Positions 60,851-64,000 of a DNA stretch of 64,000 bases are shown piece by piece. The stretch lies in assembly GCA_028534125.1 (NCBI GenBank), contig CM052829.1:3472001-3536000 (forward strand), read 5' to 3'. The translations under genes and the position numbers were made by a program. The first letter of the stretch is position 1. Every line of letters begins with the position of its first letter. Origin of the DNA: Lama glama (taxonomy: Eukaryota). The notes under the pieces were generated by a model, which had not been told where the DNA came from, did not search any database, and saw only the letters and a list, made by a program, of their open reading frames with translations.

Positions 60851-62419
60851 TATTTATTCATTTATAAACCATTTATGAGTGCACATGCCATACTACATTG
60901 CTTTGGAGTAGATTAGGAAACAGTTGAGAAGGTGGATAGACTAAGACATACCTAGAAAGAAAGTGTGATGAGAAATTTGAGTGAGAAAATAAAATTTTTG
61001 TTGAGAGAATAATGAAACAGAAGAGAAAGTTTCTTAACAAAACTGCTTCTTAGAGCGCCCCCAGGTAGTAAGGCTACATGTGTACGGGTTTTCTTCCCCT
61101 TACAACTGAGATATTTGTAAGGAAATAAAGCATGAAGTTATTTCATGATTTGGTGATAAAGAGTTTGAAGGCTAGCAGCTTCGTCTTTTGCTTTTACCAA
61201 GACGCAATTGCCCCAAGAGGTTAAAGTAGCTCTAAGGGTCCCTGGGACTCCGGCTGCACAGCAGTAGGAGTGAAGTCCAGCTCCATCCTCACCGGCGCTC
61301 TCTCTCTCGATCCCTCTCTCACTCCTGCTCTCCGCATCTGTCTTCCTCTCACTTAAGGAAGCAGCAGCTAGTGAATCAGTTCACTGAGCGCATGTGCCAA
61401 ACTTGGACGAGTGGCATCTGTGTACAACTTGGGGGCTGACTTTAGACGAAGGAGCAAGGGGTTTCATTTATGGGCACAGTCTGGGAAGCACGTATGTGAG
61501 TGAGATTCTATTCAGGCGGGTGGATAAAGTTTGAGGAAAGTCTCTTTTGCTTGTTTCTGTTTCCTCAGAGACACAGGAAGTCATGTGACAGCTGCGGGTG
61601 AGGATGAGGGAAAGGCAGTACAGATGAGAGTCCAGCAGACTCTCTCTGAGCAGTTACAGCTCCAGGTAGTCCTTTGAGAGCTGCAGGAACTGCAAGCACG
61701 AGCCGTCTGATCTTGCCCCTGAGGAAGGCGACAGGCTCATCATCCTCTAGTCTCGAGGCAGAGGCTGCGGTTCCCGACACCAGTGGGCGGACGGTCCCAG
61801 CGTGCGGGTGTAGCTGTGCAGGCTGGGAAGGGCTTGCCTGATCCCAGGGCTCCACTCTCCTGTAGCCTATTTACATCTTGTCCTTGCAAGTGTTATAGTC
61901 CAATCTGGACCCTCTGCGTGGCTCCGTATCCTCCTTTCAGGCAAGACTTAAGAAGCAGCGGAGGGGGTGTTGAGCTGAGGGTGACCAGCAACTTTCCTCG
62001 AACTCCCAGCTCAGGTGAGTATGCAGTTTTTTCCAGCTTCCCTTTGGTTTTCGATCAGCTCTGCCTTTCCTCCTAGAAGAGATGTCACGTTTCGGGTTTT
62101 CCTACGTATTTGGAGTGTGCCAAGCAAGATTTTAATGTGTGCGTTTAGGTTTGCTTTTCTGACTTCTCTGCTCTGGAGGGAGGACGTGAGAGAGGAGAGG
62201 GCGAGGCAGTCCGGCCCAGATCTGTGTTGACTCTGGCGTCACCTTCATCTCTTCCGCGGCCTTGGGCAAGGCATTGAGCTGCCGGGTTCCGCCCATGTAG
62301 AATGGGCGCATAGTGTCCACGCCGCAGAGATATTTTGAAGGTGGGATACAATGTACATGAAGTGCAGGATTCCAGGACGAATGTGGTGCTGCGTAACATG
62401 TAGCTGAGAAAGGCCACCG

Positions 62420-62620
62420 TTAATTGATGCTCACTGCATGGCGGTTACTGCGCTTTCTCATTTACACTCGCGTACGTGCTCCTCACAGTTGCCGTCTCAC
62501 GCAGGTGCTGTTGCAATTGTCATTTTACAGAAGAAGAAATTCATAGAGAAGATGGACTTTCCTGTAACCGTGCAACTAAGGTGGTGAAACTGGTTCTCAA
62601 CTTGCAGCCTTTGGTAGTGT
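62420..62620 (-). mobile_element. MIR SINE
   Basis: ctcctcacag...caggtgctgttgcaattgtcattttacagaagaagaaatt. Confidence 0.6.
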
Positions 62621-63199
62621 GGTCAGCACTAGCAGCTCTTTGGCTTCCATCAGCTGTGCTTGTGCCCGCCTTGTCTCAAACTGCAATAATCTGAGCGTCA
62701 GTAAGAAGATGAGAGGAACTTCTGTTTATCCTCAACGGACAAAGACTTTCAGGAATGCCGTTGTATCTTTGTGATATAAGGAATTCTGAAACGAGGTGTA
62801 CTCGTAGATTGAAAACCGCGAATTTTACTTTAAATTGAGAAACTGGTACATTTTAAAATTTCAAACCTGGAAAATGAAGCTTTCAAGTGGGGAAATTGTT
62901 CCTGTGTACAGCAGTGAAAAGGAACCGGGGTGAGTTAAATAAAGCCATGAAAAATTAAAAATGCAATTCTTAACGTTTGTGGGAGTAATCCTTAGCCTTT
63001 ATGGTGTGAATACAAGCACAACAAGCCAGTCAGAATAACAGAAGTGCAAAAGGAAGTATAGTAACTGTGGTAAAAAATGACCAAGAATTATGTAAGTTTC
63101 ACAGGCCAACACAGAATTTCCGGAGAGTTCTTGAATTTTTAAAGATGTTTACAAAGTGGAACTGAAAGGTCTAAAATCTGTATCCTCTTAGTGTTCCAC

Positions 63200-63530
63200 T
63201 GAGGCTGTGGGTGCATTAAATAATGAGCTGGAAGTCTGCAGGAACCACTTTGTGGCAATTGCAAAGCATAAAGCATATTTAATTAAATTAAGTAATCTCT
63301 AGTTAGATGAAAATAAATCATTTTAGTGCTGACTGTTTTTAATGGTTCAGGCTGTCATTCAAAGAAAGGACAGGAAGCTGATGAAGTACTTAGAACTCCA
63401 CTTACAGGGCTTTTATTGCAAAGCACTAATGGGATTTTCTTGCCAGGGAAATGCCATATTTTGTTAATAAATGATTCTGGAACACTCACGATAATTACTA
63501 ACATACATCACAAAATTTGCCAAAAAGGTG
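63200..63530. promoter_or_regulatory. Candidate conserved enhancer (PBX-HOX + MEIS, TAAT cluster)
   Basis: ataaatca (=TGATTTAT) 63313-63320, CTGTCA 63353-63358, tttaattaaattaagtaat 63278-63296; repeat-free. Confidence 0.35.
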
Positions 63531-63734
63531 AGAAAGAATACTTTAAAGATTCAAGCATTTTGAAAAGATAAAAACACCTTTAAAGCATTTAAAAATTATG
63601 ATTATTTAACCCACACTTAGGTAAACTTCTGTAAGAACATTGATGAGAAGCAGAAGGGATCTTCAGTAAAATCTCTCTTTTGATTTTGAGGTAACCAGAC
63701 TTCCCTTTCAGTTTTCCACAGTTAAGAGCACACC

Positions 63735-64000
63735 TCATGGAGGACTTAGGGAAGACGGTGTGGTAGGAGCACCCCGAAACAGTCTCCCCATCTCCACAGC
63801 AATTACACTGGCAGAATCTGATGGAACTACTTTGGAACGCGAGTCTATTGAAGGCTTGCAAATTCCAGGGGAAGACTTGGACAGCAAATTGTGGTTGATC
63901 TGCTTAATTTTATCTCTTAGCACAATAGCAGCTACCCATCCGTCACCCTACCCATTCCCATCCCCCACTCAGGGTCGGCAAATAGGACCCCGCCCCCCAA
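63735..64000 (+). mobile_element. Probable 5' UTR of an ancient L1M element, running off the window
   Basis: gagtctattgaaggcttgcaaattccaggggaagacttgg...tcttagcacaatagcagctacccatcc resembles recalled L1M 5' end consensus. Confidence 0.5.

Overview
Eutherian non-coding DNA, most likely camelid (Camelus/Lama/Vicugna). The only young SINE is a tRNA-derived Vic-1-type element at 14.2-14.3 kb, and I saw no ruminant BovB/Bov-tA or pig PRE-1 SINEs. I can support no protein-coding exon, RNA gene or CRISPR array. The listed ORFs are chance frames or decayed L1/LTR sequence. The window looks like a gene desert or very large intron. It contains ancient L1M/L2/MIR/MaLR/hAT fossils, several 5'-truncated younger L1 3' ends, four ERV1-type solo LTRs clustered at 41-55 kb (three with exact 4-bp TSDs), and repeat-free blocks carrying developmental TF motifs. 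The most notable signals are: (i) repeated short patches where old, normally AT-rich repeats are rewritten toward G/C and CpG, suggestive of GC-biased gene conversion hotspots, one of which has turned an MLT1 LTR into a CpG island; (ii) a solo LTR with a complete promoter (3x CCAAT, 2x octamer, TATA, polyA signal); (iii) readable L1 insertion anomalies (3' transduction, twin-priming inversion, very long TSD); (iv) a ~1.6-kb microinversion inside an old L1; (v) a decayed RTE-clade LINE fragment. I did not find a new gene system. Repeat family names come from recalled consensus sequences, and boundaries without TSDs are approximate. RepeatMasker/Dfam should confirm them.
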